Source: the human T2T-CHM13v2.0 reference genome, Homo sapiens. Taken from it: a stretch of 64,000 bases of DNA. Under the pieces are notes generated by a model, which searched no databases, had not been told where the DNA came from, and saw only the letters and a program-made list of their open reading frames with translations. Position numbers and translations under genes: made by a program. Where the stretch lies: the NCBI RefSeq assembly GCF_009914755.1, contig NC_060948.1. The stretch is one strand, 5' to 3'. Below, one piece after another: positions 44,678-59,295 of this stretch. The first letter of the stretch is position 1; each line of letters begins with the position of its first letter.

Positions 44678-45309
44678 TTTGTGGCTCTAATTTTCTTGAC
44701 TATTGTTTTAGGCTATTATTACCTTCTTACTTATCACGGTGCTCATCTACTTCTTGAGCCTAGGCAGGTGGCTGGAATTTTCCTTGGAGGGACTCAAGAG
44801 TTTCCTTTATTTTTCATGCCTTAAATGGGTCTGTTCTCCCTCTCCAAAGCTCAAGCTTTTAAGGACTATGCTATGGTTAGATTTTTTGTATTGGAGCCAA
44901 CCTTCCCTCCTACTCAAGAACACCCCTTCTTCAGACAGCCTGGCTGGGTCTTCATCCTGGGAGAGCTCATGAAACACAAACCAGATCTTGGCCCTCACAT
45001 GTGTCTAGGTAGAGCTGACCCTGGGCAACACCAAGCGTTCCCCCAATTTTGCATGCCCCAGCCAATTCAGAGTCAAGATCCATGCTCATCTCCTTCCCTG
45101 CAAAGTGCTAATGATGAAGGATGGGGATCAAGTCAGCAAACTCCAGAAATGCTCTTAGACTAGGAGTCAAGCCTTGAGATCCTATTACACACCAGATTCA
45201 TTCCCTGATTAGAGCTGCTGAATTCTTTTACTGTCACTGCGCTCATGCTAAAATTTCTTTCCTCTAGCCTCCTAGCCCCAGAGGAGGCTGAGCCATGATA
45301 CCCATTGTC

Positions 45310-45540
45310 AAGCAATAAATATTTAAGGAGCCCCTGAGATATGTCAGGCACCATCGTAGGTGCTGGGACAAGTGAATGTGACCAGGAAAGTCCCTCCCCT
45401 CTCAGAAGTTCTTTTCAAGTTGGAGGACAGCAAATACAGAAATATAGAGTCTAACATAACAACAGGGAGTAATAAACACTTTGAAGAAAAATAAAGTGGA
45501 ATAAGAGGGTAAGGTTGCCATAGGGTTCTCTGGGCAGTCT
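45310..45540 (-). mobile_element. L2 fragment
   Basis: caataaatattta...tatgtcaggcaccatcgtaggtgctggga. Confidence 0.6.
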
Positions 45541-45833
45541 TCTATGGGAAGGCCACTTGTTGGGGCAGAGAAACAAAAGATGTCTGAAAGGAGGACTACG
45601 GGCCCCCCATAAGTGTGCTCCAGTCAGTGCACAGGGCAATGGGCATGTAATTTCCTATGATTAAGACCTACAGTATGTACAATATTACTGCAACAGACAC
45701 TGAGACTGACTTAGCATTGTTTCATAGCATCCGAGTTGCTCTGTTGGAGGAAAGTGCATGTGATGGGCATTCATTTGCTTCCGCCATCAGACAGATTCTC
45801 TACCTTTGTCCTTCCTACAAGATTCCCTAGGAA

Positions 45834-46143
<310 letters not shown>

Positions 46144-46339
46144 TGATTCCCTAGGAAGCTGACTCCCACTGAATGTGCCACTCAGGAGTCCCTGCTCTCT
46201 AGATTACAGTTGAGTTTGCTCAATGCAAGGCCCCAGCAGAAATGTTGAAAGTAAGAGCAAATAGATAGTTAACCACTCTTTAAGACAACAATGGATGTAT
46301 ACTTCTCTGGCCTCAGCTCCTGTGGGGAAGCTCCAGTGC

Positions 46340-46465
46340 CAATCCCTGGGTGCTTCACCATTTTCAATTAGTTTCTGAACCTTGTAAACAGACCCTTCAC
46401 TAAATTCTTCCTAGTTAACCCTTTGAGAATGAAACCATTTCCTGCCAGGACTCTGGCAGATACAA
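46340..46465 (+). mobile_element. ERVL LTR33-like 3' end fragment
   Basis: ccttgtaaacagacccttcactaaa...atttcctgccaggactctggcagataca. Confidence 0.55.
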
Positions 46466-46516
46466 AGAACCCACAGCTGACTGCTGGGTCCCCGGCAGAC
46501 CTAGTGCATGGCTCCA

Positions 46517-46534
46517 CACTGCCATCTTGGGGGC
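46517..46534 (-). promoter_or_regulatory. Candidate CTCF motif
   Basis: Minus strand GCCCCCAAGATGGCAGTG versus core CCASYAGRKGGCRS. Confidence 0.4.
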
Positions 46535-46759
46535 TGGCACATGCTGGCACTGAGTCTGGGGAAGGGAGCTGGGGCTGGAGGTGTGGAGGGGAAGACCGTG
46601 CATAGTTGCTTCCTGATCAGCTCTTTATTTGATTGAGAGTGAGGCAGGGAAGATTAGAGGGGAGCTTACAGTGGAATTCAGGGCTGAGGCTGCTATTCTT
46701 TTGCTCCTTGTAACTTCCTACAGTGTTGTCAGCATCCACATACTTCTCTGTGGGGTTGG

Positions 46760-46990
46760 TCTCAGAGCCAGGTTACCTTGTCTTAGGTCCAGTGGCACCC
46801 TGACTGGCTTGGTGTCCTTGAATAAGTTAACTAACCTCTCCATACCTCAGTCCCTCAGCTGTAAAATTAAAAAAAAAAGAAGAAGAGTACCTACTGTATA
46901 GCATTGATTTGAAGATTGAATGAGCTGGTATTATACAACGTTTAGAAGCAGTGCCTGACACGCAAAAGGCTCTCAACAAATACTATCCTT
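46760..46990 (+). mobile_element. MIR
   Basis: ccttgaataagttaactaacctctccatacctcagtccctcagctgtaaaatt...gcagtgcctgacacg. Confidence 0.75.
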
Positions 46991-47915
46991 TACTAATATC
47001 CTGTGTGTCTGTATCAGAGCTGGTGGGGTGGAGGGACAGAAAGAAGTGGGAGAAAGGTAAAGAGATGGGCAAATGATCTCTAAAGTCTCTCTGGCACTAA
47101 CACAATTCTTTATTATGTGTTTTGTCTGGCTCTTTATATTGATAGCTGTTCCAGAGGCAATCAATACCTATTAGTCGGTTTTATTCTTATTTTTCTGTCT
47201 GATCTTACAGGGGAGCAAACTGTGGCAAAACATGAACTTACTTCTCAGGAAATTAACCATTATGTTGGCAATCACTGTGATTATTTGAACAGCAGCATCT
47301 GGACAAATTTAGTCACATGAAGTACAGAAGAGAGATTTCTCATGGTTAAAATGAAGCTCTCTTTATTTGCTTCTGCTAATTAAAAAATCAGAGCTAAAGA
47401 TACTTAAACACTACAGTTAAAATGCCATGGTTGTCTATTGGCTTAATGAATTCTCTTATGAAATCAACTCTAATATGTTATCCATTATAAATCATGAAAC
47501 ACAATTTTTCTTATTCTCTTTAGAGCTTTACAATTCATCTTAAAAACCAGTGTTTACACTCTCTTCTGTAGGTAGTACAATAACTTTTAGCGAGAAAAAA
47601 TAAAAGTCTGGCTTTCTGACTCATAGGTGTATTCCCTTTAACAGAAAAAGAAAATATATCCTCTTTAAAACTGATGATCATTGGTCACCTCAATTTTATC
47701 AAAGTTCACTTCTGACCTCTTTAGATGTAGTTCTCTACATAAAACTGCCCAACAGAATTCTCTGTCTGAATGCCTCCTCCACAAACAAAATTTTAAGAAC
47801 TAAAATCATCATCTTTCCTTCCAAATGTGCTCTCCCTATGTCCCCAGGGCTCTCCACATGTAGAGCTGAGACCATTTGCCACTCAGTTTCCTCACCCAAT
47901 TAATTACAAGTCCGA

Positions 47916-48229
<314 letters not shown>

Positions 48230-48649
48230 CAGTTTTGCCTTTTTAACATCCCTCAGCTCTTCAAATCCATTTTCTCTTCTCTAACACCTCCCCATTCCCC
48301 AGCTCGTAATGAGCTCTTAAGTAGATTACTACAATCACCTCCCAAATGGTCTTCCTGGCTCCATCAGCCTTGTGACCTTCAAGTTCATTCTCCACATGGA
48401 TGTCAGAGTAACTTTCTAAAATGAAAATCTGACCACGTTACTCTCTTGCCTAAATCCACCTATGGCCGGTGTTAGGATCAAGTCTAAACTCCCGACCCTG
48501 GAACATCAGGTCTTCATGCTCTGTTCACTGCTTCTCTACCTCACCTGCAACCAACACCACTCCCACATCCATATACTGCTCACCGTGTATCAACATGAAC
48601 AGGAGGTGGGTGTTTCAGTCCCCAGGAAGACACTGGGCCTTTTCAATCA

Positions 48650-49430
48650 TCTACTGCTATGTAATACCCACCCCACAAACTGACCACATGATTTCATTTT
48701 GCAAGGGTTCCTTCCTTGGGCTGTGTTCAGCAAAAGGGTTTACTGAGCTGGCAGGTCCAAGATGGCCTCACTCACAGGACTGGCTGTTGATGGGAGCCTT
48801 GATGCTCTTGGGCTCACCCCTTATCCTCCAGTAGGTTAGAGCTTCTTACAGTGGTTTCAGGCAGCATCTGAAGCCAGTAAAAGCAGAAGCTCCAAGGCTT
48901 CTTACATTCTAGCCTGGAAAATCACATCACATTGCTTCCTTCATATTTTTTTGGCAAATCAGGTTGCAAGGCTTGCCCAGATTAGGGTAAAGAGGCTCCT
49001 TTTCTTTCTTTCTTTTTTTTTTTTTGAGTCAGAATCTTGCTCTGTTGCCCAGGCTGGAGTGCAGTGGTGCAATCTAGGCTCACTGCAAGCTCTGCCTCCT
49101 GGGTTCATTCCATTCTCCTGCCTCAGGCTCCCAAGTAGCTGAGACTACAGGCACCTACCACCACGCCCGGCTAATTTTTTTTTTTTTTTGTATTTTTTAG
49201 TAGAGACTGTGTTTCACTGTGTTAGCCAGGATGGTCTCCATCTCCTGACCTCGTGATCCGCCTGCCTTGGCCTCCCAAAGTGCTGGGATTACAGGCGTGA
49301 GCCACCGTGCCAAACCAAGAGGCTCTTTTTCTTGATGAAAGGAGTAGTGAAGTCACATTGCATGTCCTTGCAAAGGGACATGCAGACCACATTAGTGAGA
49401 ATATGTGCCTGTATTTTGCAATCTGTAACA
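48650..49430 (-). mobile_element. MLT1H-like LTR, interrupted by AluY
   Basis: tccaagatggcctcactcaca...cttgatgaaaggagtagtgaagtcacattgca. Confidence 0.6.
49000..49316 (-). mobile_element. AluY
   Basis: gcaagctctgcc, gtgttagccaggatggtctc; TSD aagaggctc. Confidence 0.92.
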
Positions 49431-52069
49431 TGGGCATAAACTAAATGTTTTCCAAAGGGAATAGGGCAAAACAAAAAGGACCTTGACCACTCCTTTGGCC
49501 CTGAATAAATCCAGGTAGCCTAAGAGTATGACTATCCTGAGGTAGAAAGAGGGTCACATGCTGGATAAGAGGTACCTGGGCTCTCCACTTACAAGAAGAG
49601 AGCATGGTTACATTTATAATCACCATTCCCAACATGCTGTGAGTGCAGGCAGCTACCAGGTGGAGAACAAAGGAAATAACCAGGACACCCATCTCTAAAC
49701 CTGTTAATTTAATCACATGGAACACTTCTATTTAAAATTCCCGAGGGTTAAGATGTAAGAATGCTTATCAAGGTAGATGCTGTTCACACTGCTTGGAGTG
49801 TCAGGCCTAGATCTCTATCCATCAGAAACAACAATATCAATAACAACAACAGCAACATGATGATGGGGCAATTTCTGAAAAGCACCATGTATTTTATTGA
49901 TACATGTCTGTTGCAGAAAATCCAGGTGAATCCAAAGAAGAAATAAATGTCTTCCACAATCCCATAGCCCAGAGCTAACTAACCACTATAAAGAACCCAG
50001 TGTGGTTTTAACTAATGGATCAAAAGATGCTCATCAAAGATCTGAGCTTTCCTGAGTGCTAACAGGAAACATCCAGCATCTCTGGTCTCTACAAGGCTGC
50101 AGGTGTCTTTGACCATAGTGCCTGTTTTGTGTCAGGGAAAGAATCAACCTGGGAGCCAAGCCCAGGAATCAGGATGACCAAGACATACTCGACAAGGAGG
50201 GAACAAAGCCATCCAAGGACAATCAAGGACAAATCAAGCAAATGAATTTAAGGGAGACCTGCTCATGGTATGCTTTGCTGCTCAGCATGGCTGGGAGGCA
50301 CAGTGGAAGATCATGCATCCTTCCCCTGGGACTCCTCTGCCAGAGCCTGAGAGATTTCTCCTGCCCACAGGCTAGGGGTAGGACAGTTGGAATTGATCCA
50401 TGCCTTCTAGCTAGACTGTGGGTCCCCTCAGTCTTGGGCATGGTGACAGCCCAGCATCAGACAGAGGTCAGTATCAAACTAGAAAATTTAATAAACGCTG
50501 TCAGATTTGTAGACCCAAGAAAATATAAACTGGCAATCACGGAGGAAAAAAATCTCTCAATGATCTTATCTTTATATGATTCCCTTGCTGTCTGGAAATT
50601 GACATTTCCTTGGGGATAATCTGGTCATAGGATTGGTGAACGTGAAAGGGAGGCAACCTCCGAAGGTGGGGCCCTCTGCTCACCTGGGACAGGGAGGGCC
50701 TGAGGTAGGTGTCTGTGTGAGCTGGGGAGGAGGATGGGAGCAGTGCTTCTAGATATTTCCACTTTCTCCTCATTAGATAATAACGAATGGGTGATTTCCC
50801 TAGTCACTGCAGTATGAGGAAATCTACAAAATCAATTTCCCAATACGCTTTACAGGATAGGTGGAGACACCCATGAAGCACAACTGCAGTGGGTTATAAA
50901 AAACGGCCTTTCGAGTTGAGCAATAAATTCGTTCAAGCAGCCATTCTGAAGGACAAACGTGGCTCTGTATTTAAGAGGGGCATTCCAGCACTTCTCTAGC
51001 CACTGGGTTGACAATGACTCACCAAAGCCTCTGGTAGCCACCACAGGACGCCCAGAGCATATGTTTTAAAGCTGAACACCAAACTGCGGACTTCGGGAGT
51101 AAGTGAACTGACTGGTTTTTATTTTGTTTTACTGCTTTTAACATTACAGTAACTGTTACAGGTTCCAGCAGGCTAACTGGGTGGAAATGAGTTTGGTTTC
51201 ACTTAGTCTCTCTAAAGAGAAAGCAAGTCGGTAGACTAATACCTAATAAAAGCAAAGCTGCCAACAATTGAAATTGCCTGGGCTGCTCTGTGTGTCCCAC
51301 ATGCATGGGTGTGGGTGCCAGTGTGTGTGCGCGTGTGCATGCATGTGCATCTGTGTCGGGATAGAGTGGTAAGAAAATGGGAAATAATAAGAATGTTCAG
51401 TACATACCCTTTCATTATAAAAAGGTGAGCTATAATAAATACTAGTGCCACATTTAGTCAAAACTTTACTCCAGCCAAAGGTGATATTTTCATGATAACA
51501 TCCTGTGATTGCTTTGTTCTTCGTTTTTTATGTTCTTCCTAGATGGGCTCAGAACATACAAGAATTAAGTACACATCTTATTTTCCAGTGATAATGCTAC
51601 CGGCAAATCCTGTTGTTTGTATAAACATCAGCCATGTTTATATAACTAAACTAGTGTTTTGTTTTGTCAATTCAGCAAGAAATTAGACCAAATGGTGGCT
51701 TAATGCTGCATTGATTTGTCTATCAATTTGTTTTCACTTTTCTGCAAAATATTTAATACATTATTAAATTGAATTATGTTGATGCCACAGTTGTTCTTAT
51801 CTCAATTGTCTTAAAATTCATTTAATTTTTTTCCTTTGGTTTCATTATTCAAATTTTAACTTCAGTTCTCAAGATTCTATCTGATGGAAGAGATGGAGTC
51901 CATTACTAAGGACTCCATTGTGCTCCATCATGCCAGAGTTGTAAAATAGATCTTTTAAAGGAAATTTACTGTGATTTTTTTCTATTTAAGAGCTGCCTCT
52001 CCAGTTGAGCATGTAAGAAAATTGTAGCAGGAGAATACAGTAAACTCTATGAGACAAGCTATAAACATG

Positions 52070-52372
52070 TAGCATTGTGATTAGGGCTGGTTCTCCTTCT
52101 AGAGGCATGGTAGGATTGCAATTTCATACCATCCTTGAAGTTAGAGAGAGCCACGTGACTCATTTAGCCAATGAACTGTAAGCAGAATGACATGTCACTT
52201 CCAGCAGAAGCTTTAAGAATCTGAGAAACATTCACACGTTTTCCATGTGCTGTAGCCTTATACCAAAAGCCTGGGTCCCAAGTGACCATGACAGGCAGAG
52301 CTCCCTTTTGAGCCACAGAGATTTAGAGAATGGCTGTTAACACAGCATAATCTAGCCCATCCTGACTAATCT
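52070..52372 (+). mobile_element. MLT1I/J-like LTR fragment
   Basis: ccacgtgactcatttagccaatgaa...gtcacttccagcagaagctttaaga...cagcataatctagcccatcctgactaat. Confidence 0.6.
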
Positions 52373-53277
52373 GATATTAACATGTATAATAAAGAATTCT
52401 ATCAATGCTGAGGGAAGATGATTAGTTAAGGTCCTAGGTTGCAAGTCTCAAAACCTCTTCTAAGGATTGTAGACAGGAAATTAAATGACTTCTAGTCCCT
52501 AGAGTTCCCAATCTCCTACCATCCCATCCTAATATGACAGAAGTAATTCCTGAGTTGCTTCTGAAACCAGAGCTTCCCTCAGAACCGTTAGCCTGCCAGA
52601 TGGCTTCTTGGAGAGCTCTCACTCACTTTTCTCCTTCTGCTATTGCTGTTCATTCATTCCAGCTTTTAAAAATTCATCTTTATCCAGGAACCTCGCTTCT
52701 AGAAAAGTCATACAGGTGCTTCCAGGAGGCTACACGTGCACCCATATTTTTCTAGCCACATTCATTAGACCAATGCAGCAGAGAAGAAAAGCCTCAATAA
52801 TTATTATGACATGGCATGTTAGGATACCAAGTAAATTGCATTTGTAAAATGTGATTTTCTGTTGGTGTTCACTTCTGCTCTACTGACATTTGGTAAGTAT
52901 TATTGACTGACTGACTAACTAATGTGGTCATTAGTCTTCATAAAGAAAGGCTCTCTACAAAAATGGAGGGATGCCCTTTTTCTGGCATTTAATACGTCAG
53001 AAATTGCCTCCGATAGAAACCAGAGTTGCCTGCTTACTATCAGCACAGGAGAAATGTATTAATGTGACTTTATAGTAACAGGCTTTTAGAAAGTCAAATA
53101 TAAACAAATTTGTCTATTTGTGTGTGTGCATGTGGTGGTGGGGAGGGAAGAAAAAAGGAGGGGGAGAGAAAGAGAAATAAGAACCAAGTTTATTATACTG
53201 TATTCAGGGGGAACAAAATTTCCCAAGGTCCTAACAGAAGAGCAAAGTGCCACTGTCAATAGCCTCCGTAGTGTTAG

Positions 53278-53641
<364 letters not shown>

Positions 53642-55303
53642 AGGATTGCTTTTATAGCCAGTCTTCAGGTGCCCACTGTAGGAACAATGTCATTTAACCC
53701 TCGAGATTATTCTGTGCCAAATACGGATAATGACTAATATTCAACACAGATATTCTCAGCTCAGAGGAGCAATTAGCAAATTCATAAATTAAGTGCTTGC
53801 TTCCTTTTTAGTCAAATACAAACATTTGTTAAAAGATATTATTTTGCTTTACACTTTTTCTCTCAGAAATAAACAGATGCTTGAATTCCCACAGTGCTGC
53901 TTGAGCCTCACACCATGTCATCCTGCCAGGCACCCAGATCCAGTTCTAGAGTTTCACATGATCATGAGTGTTGGTTAATAAGTCAATGTGAACTGGGAGG
54001 GGAGATTTTTCAGGAGTGCCACAGGGCTCTCCCTTTAATCACATACACTCCCTGCTTTCATTGGAAAGTGTACAATGATGTCAGAGTGCCCCAGAATGGA
54101 GCTAGTTGGAAGACTGCCATCATAGGGATGCCTTAGTGAATTAATAAGGTTTTAATTTCTGGCTCTCAACTTTGTAGATGTAAAAGTTGATTTATCAGTA
54201 TGTGAGAAAGGACGAATCTTTCTGAAGGTTATGTCATCACACTCACTAAGCACACAGAGAATAATGTCTAGAATCTGAGTGCCATGTTATCAAATTATAC
54301 TGAGACTCTTGCAGTCACACGGGCTGACATGTAAGCATCGTCATGCCTAGTACAGACTCTCCCTGCAGATGAAATTATATAGGATGCTAAATTATAATCA
54401 GAACAATGTTTGGTGAGCCAAAACTACAACAAGGGAAGCTAATTGGATGAATTTATAAAAATATGCCTCAACCAAAATAGCTTAATTCAGTCTCCCTTAT
54501 CATAAGGATAATCTTGCCTAAAGGGACAGTAATATTAAAGACACTAGGAATAACCTCTGTACTTTGGACAGTAGACCTGCACAGCCCCTTAGGCCTCAAT
54601 GAATTCTTATGCAAGACCAGAAGCCAATTTGCCATTTTAAGGAGATTCTCCATGTTTCTGCTCTAACTGTGATTCACAATACTCAAGACACCGAATCAGG
54701 AAGTTTCCGGGAGTGCAGGGAGCTGTCCGTGGTACTGAGCAGTTCTCAGCAACCCAAAGATCCTACTGACTCCTCATCAGACTTCTTTCTCACTGGAATT
54801 TTACGCCTGGGCTGTTAACACCAGGCCAGGTCAAATTCAAAGGAGAGAAAAAAGCTCATTATGAAGGGTAAAATCCAAAACACTGTGCATAAAGATATGT
54901 GTGCACAATTTTTATACATAAAGATTTCATAAAGCCAAAGCATCAGGAAATGAAAAGAGATATAGAAAGAAAAATGATGGTAAATGAGACATTAATTTAC
55001 CCTTCTAATCTCTATCACAGCAAAAAGATAATTAAAAAATCTATATGAGAACCACAAAATACACAAAAATTATGTAGCAAAGCCTATAGCCTGAAAAAGT
55101 AAACATTGAAATTTGTATGTCCATAAAATGTTTACAAAATTGAGTACATATTATACACCCCACCCCAAAAACATCTAAGCAAAGTAGAGAATGTAGAAAT
55201 GCTACAGATTATATTCTCTGATTATGACACAACAAAACTAGAAATTACAGCATGGAAATTTAAAAGCTTTCTCTTAAATAATTCTATGTCAAAAAGAAAT
55301 CCA

Positions 55304-55622
<319 letters not shown>

Positions 55623-55680
55623 AATCCAAATAAAATTTCTAGAATATGTGGAAAACAGTGACAATAAAAATATTACACAT

Positions 55681-55960
55681 GTGTAATCCCAGCATTTTGA
55701 GATGCCAAGGTGGCAGGATCACTTGAGACCAGGAGTTCACAACCAGCCTGGACAACACAGGGAGACTCCACCTCCACACACGCCAAAAAAAATTTTTAAA
55801 TAGCCAGGTATAGTGGTACTTCTTGTAATCCCACCTACTTGGGAGGCTAAGGTGGGAGAATCACCCAACCTCAGGAGTTCAGGGCTTCAGCAAGCCATGA
55901 TCATATCACTGCACTCCAGCCTCAACAACAGAGCAAGATCCTATCTCAAAAAAATAAAAA
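55681..55960 (+). mobile_element. 5'-truncated AluJ
   Basis: Starts at tgtaatcccagc; TSD cacatgtg. Confidence 0.85.
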
Positions 55961-56092
55961 ATCACATGTGGGAAATAGCTATAGCACAATAAAAATAAAT
56001 GTATTAAGTGTGAACAACAAAAAAGCTAGTAAAGGTTGAACAACAACTATCCTTAGGCAAGTGGAAATAATGTATTAATAAATATGAAAGCA

Positions 56093-56400
<308 letters not shown>

Positions 56401-57252
56401 CTAATAAATTAGAAAACAGAAACAGAACTAATTTATAAATCAAAGCACTATGCCTTGAAAAGAGGGAGAAAAATTGTGAATTAAGGAAGGGAAGAGATGG
56501 TTGGAGAGGAGGTGGGAGAAGGCAGAGATAATTGAAAGAGCAAAAGCATCTGGAGAAGCAAAGCCACTGAAAGATGAACAGGGCTCTGAAAGAAATGCTT
56601 GATTGCTATCTTTTCAAATGACTGCAGTTCCCAGTGACATCATTTTTCTCCTCCCTGGAAGTCTGAGGGGCAGTTCACTTATCTCCTCCCCTCCCCTACT
56701 CCTCACCCCACACTCAAAACCTGTCTATGCTCCTTTCATTCTCATATGACAGATTTCAGATGGCATTCTTATTTCCCTGATTTCTTTTTGAGATAGCTTG
56801 CATTTCCCTCCTCTATATAAAGCCACCATTTATCAAATGCCTACATGGACCAAGCAGTCCACAAGGGCTTCACAGACAGTTTTACTAAACTCATGCCAAA
56901 ATTTTCAGGTTTTATACCTACCTTATAGATAAAGAAATTGAAGCTTATAGAGTTTAAGTAATGTTTCCAAAGCCTCGTGGCTACTAATTCAAACCTAATT
57001 TCTGCCTACTCCAAAGTCTATTTTTCCTCATGATACTATACTGCTTCTCCATGGATAAAGACAGAGATCACATGTTAATAAAATTTGCACAAAGTCAGCA
57101 AATAGCTGAAAGGGAAGGCTAAGATGATTAATAAAATCAAGAGCCAGATGATCTCAACAACCTGAAATAACTGGCTGACAACCAATTTGAATAACTCCCT
57201 GCAGGTGAAGTTCAAAGTACTATTTGGGTTTTTTTTTTTTTTTTTAAAGTTT

Positions 57253-57620
<368 letters not shown>

Positions 57621-57649
57621 TCAGCATTTTAGTGATCTGTATGGTCCCT

Positions 57650-57743
57650 CTATCTGTCAGGGTCCTAGCAGGAAATTGTTGCACTCTCAAAGGATTAAGC
57701 AGAAAGAGTTTAACGAAGGTTCTCTTTCCAGGGTTAAGGGAAC
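57650..57743 (-). mobile_element. LTR33-like fragment (resumes after 58494)
   Basis: tatctgtcagggtcctagcaggaaa... same family as 46340-46465, opposite strand. Confidence 0.5.
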
Positions 57744-58493
<750 letters not shown>

Positions 58494-59265
58494 GGAACTA
58501 ATTAGAAATGGTGATGCACCGAGGGATTGGCACCGAGGCTCCCCAACAGGAAGTGAGGCTGTGGATAGAAGGACACATTCATGTTATGTTTTTTCTAATG
58601 GTTAAGTAATTATTTGCTCTTACTCTCAAAATTTCTGCCAAGGCCTCCCATGGACCAAACTCAACTAGAATCTAGGAAGCAGAGAACCTGAGTGTTGCAT
58701 TCAGCAGAAGTCAGCTTCCTAGGGACTCTTGCAGGAAGGGCGAAAGTAGAGAATCTGGTGGGGAAGCAAGCAAATGCCCATCACATGCACTTTCCTCCAA
58801 CAGAGCGACTCAGATGCTATAAAACTTGCTAACTCAGTCTCAGGGTCTGATCACAGTAACATACAATCCAGGTCTTAATCATCAGAAATCACAGTCCTAT
58901 TGTCTTCTGCACAGATCCAAACACACTTGGAGGTCATGTTCAATATGAATACCTCACAGCGAAGGAAATTTACACACGAGAAGTACATCTGCAGAAAGCC
59001 AGCTGACATGTCAACCATTCAAAAACTCAGGGTATTCGGGATTAAAGAAGACTCAGGAAGACAAGTATGAAGCATAATCTGTGACATTCCATGTGGCAGA
59101 CGTTAGACACATACAAGAAAGTTGTTGGAAAGTGGAATTTATCTTCATATAAACAACACTGAGCTAAATCTCAATGTTTCAGATCTCTAGAACTATCCAT
59201 CAGTGAAATGGATTGCAAATAGAAAGAGTAATACCATGCCACTTAAGAATATAATCATGGACGAG

Positions 59266-59295
59266 GCTGCCACCTGCTGTTGGGGGCCACTGCAG
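59266..59295 (-). promoter_or_regulatory. Candidate CTCF site with core and upstream (U) motif
   Basis: Minus strand CTGCAGT-GGCCCC-CAACAGCAGGTGGCAGC. Confidence 0.6.

Larger units (their letters stand above)
43643..44845 (-). mobile_element. ERV1 LTR (MER34/MER39/LTR48 group, subfamily uncertain) carrying Alu and L1 inserts
   Basis: gaggaatttattgcagg...ctccctgatggctta..gtaagggtttttaaagg resembles antisense MER4-group LTR 3' ends; sequence resumes after each TSD. Confidence 0.65.

Noticed and set aside
49359-49385. Small hairpin tgcatgtcc...ggacatgca with p53-like half-sites
   Set aside because: Only a 9-bp stem inside an MLT1 LTR and the half-sites are mismatched; expected by chance.
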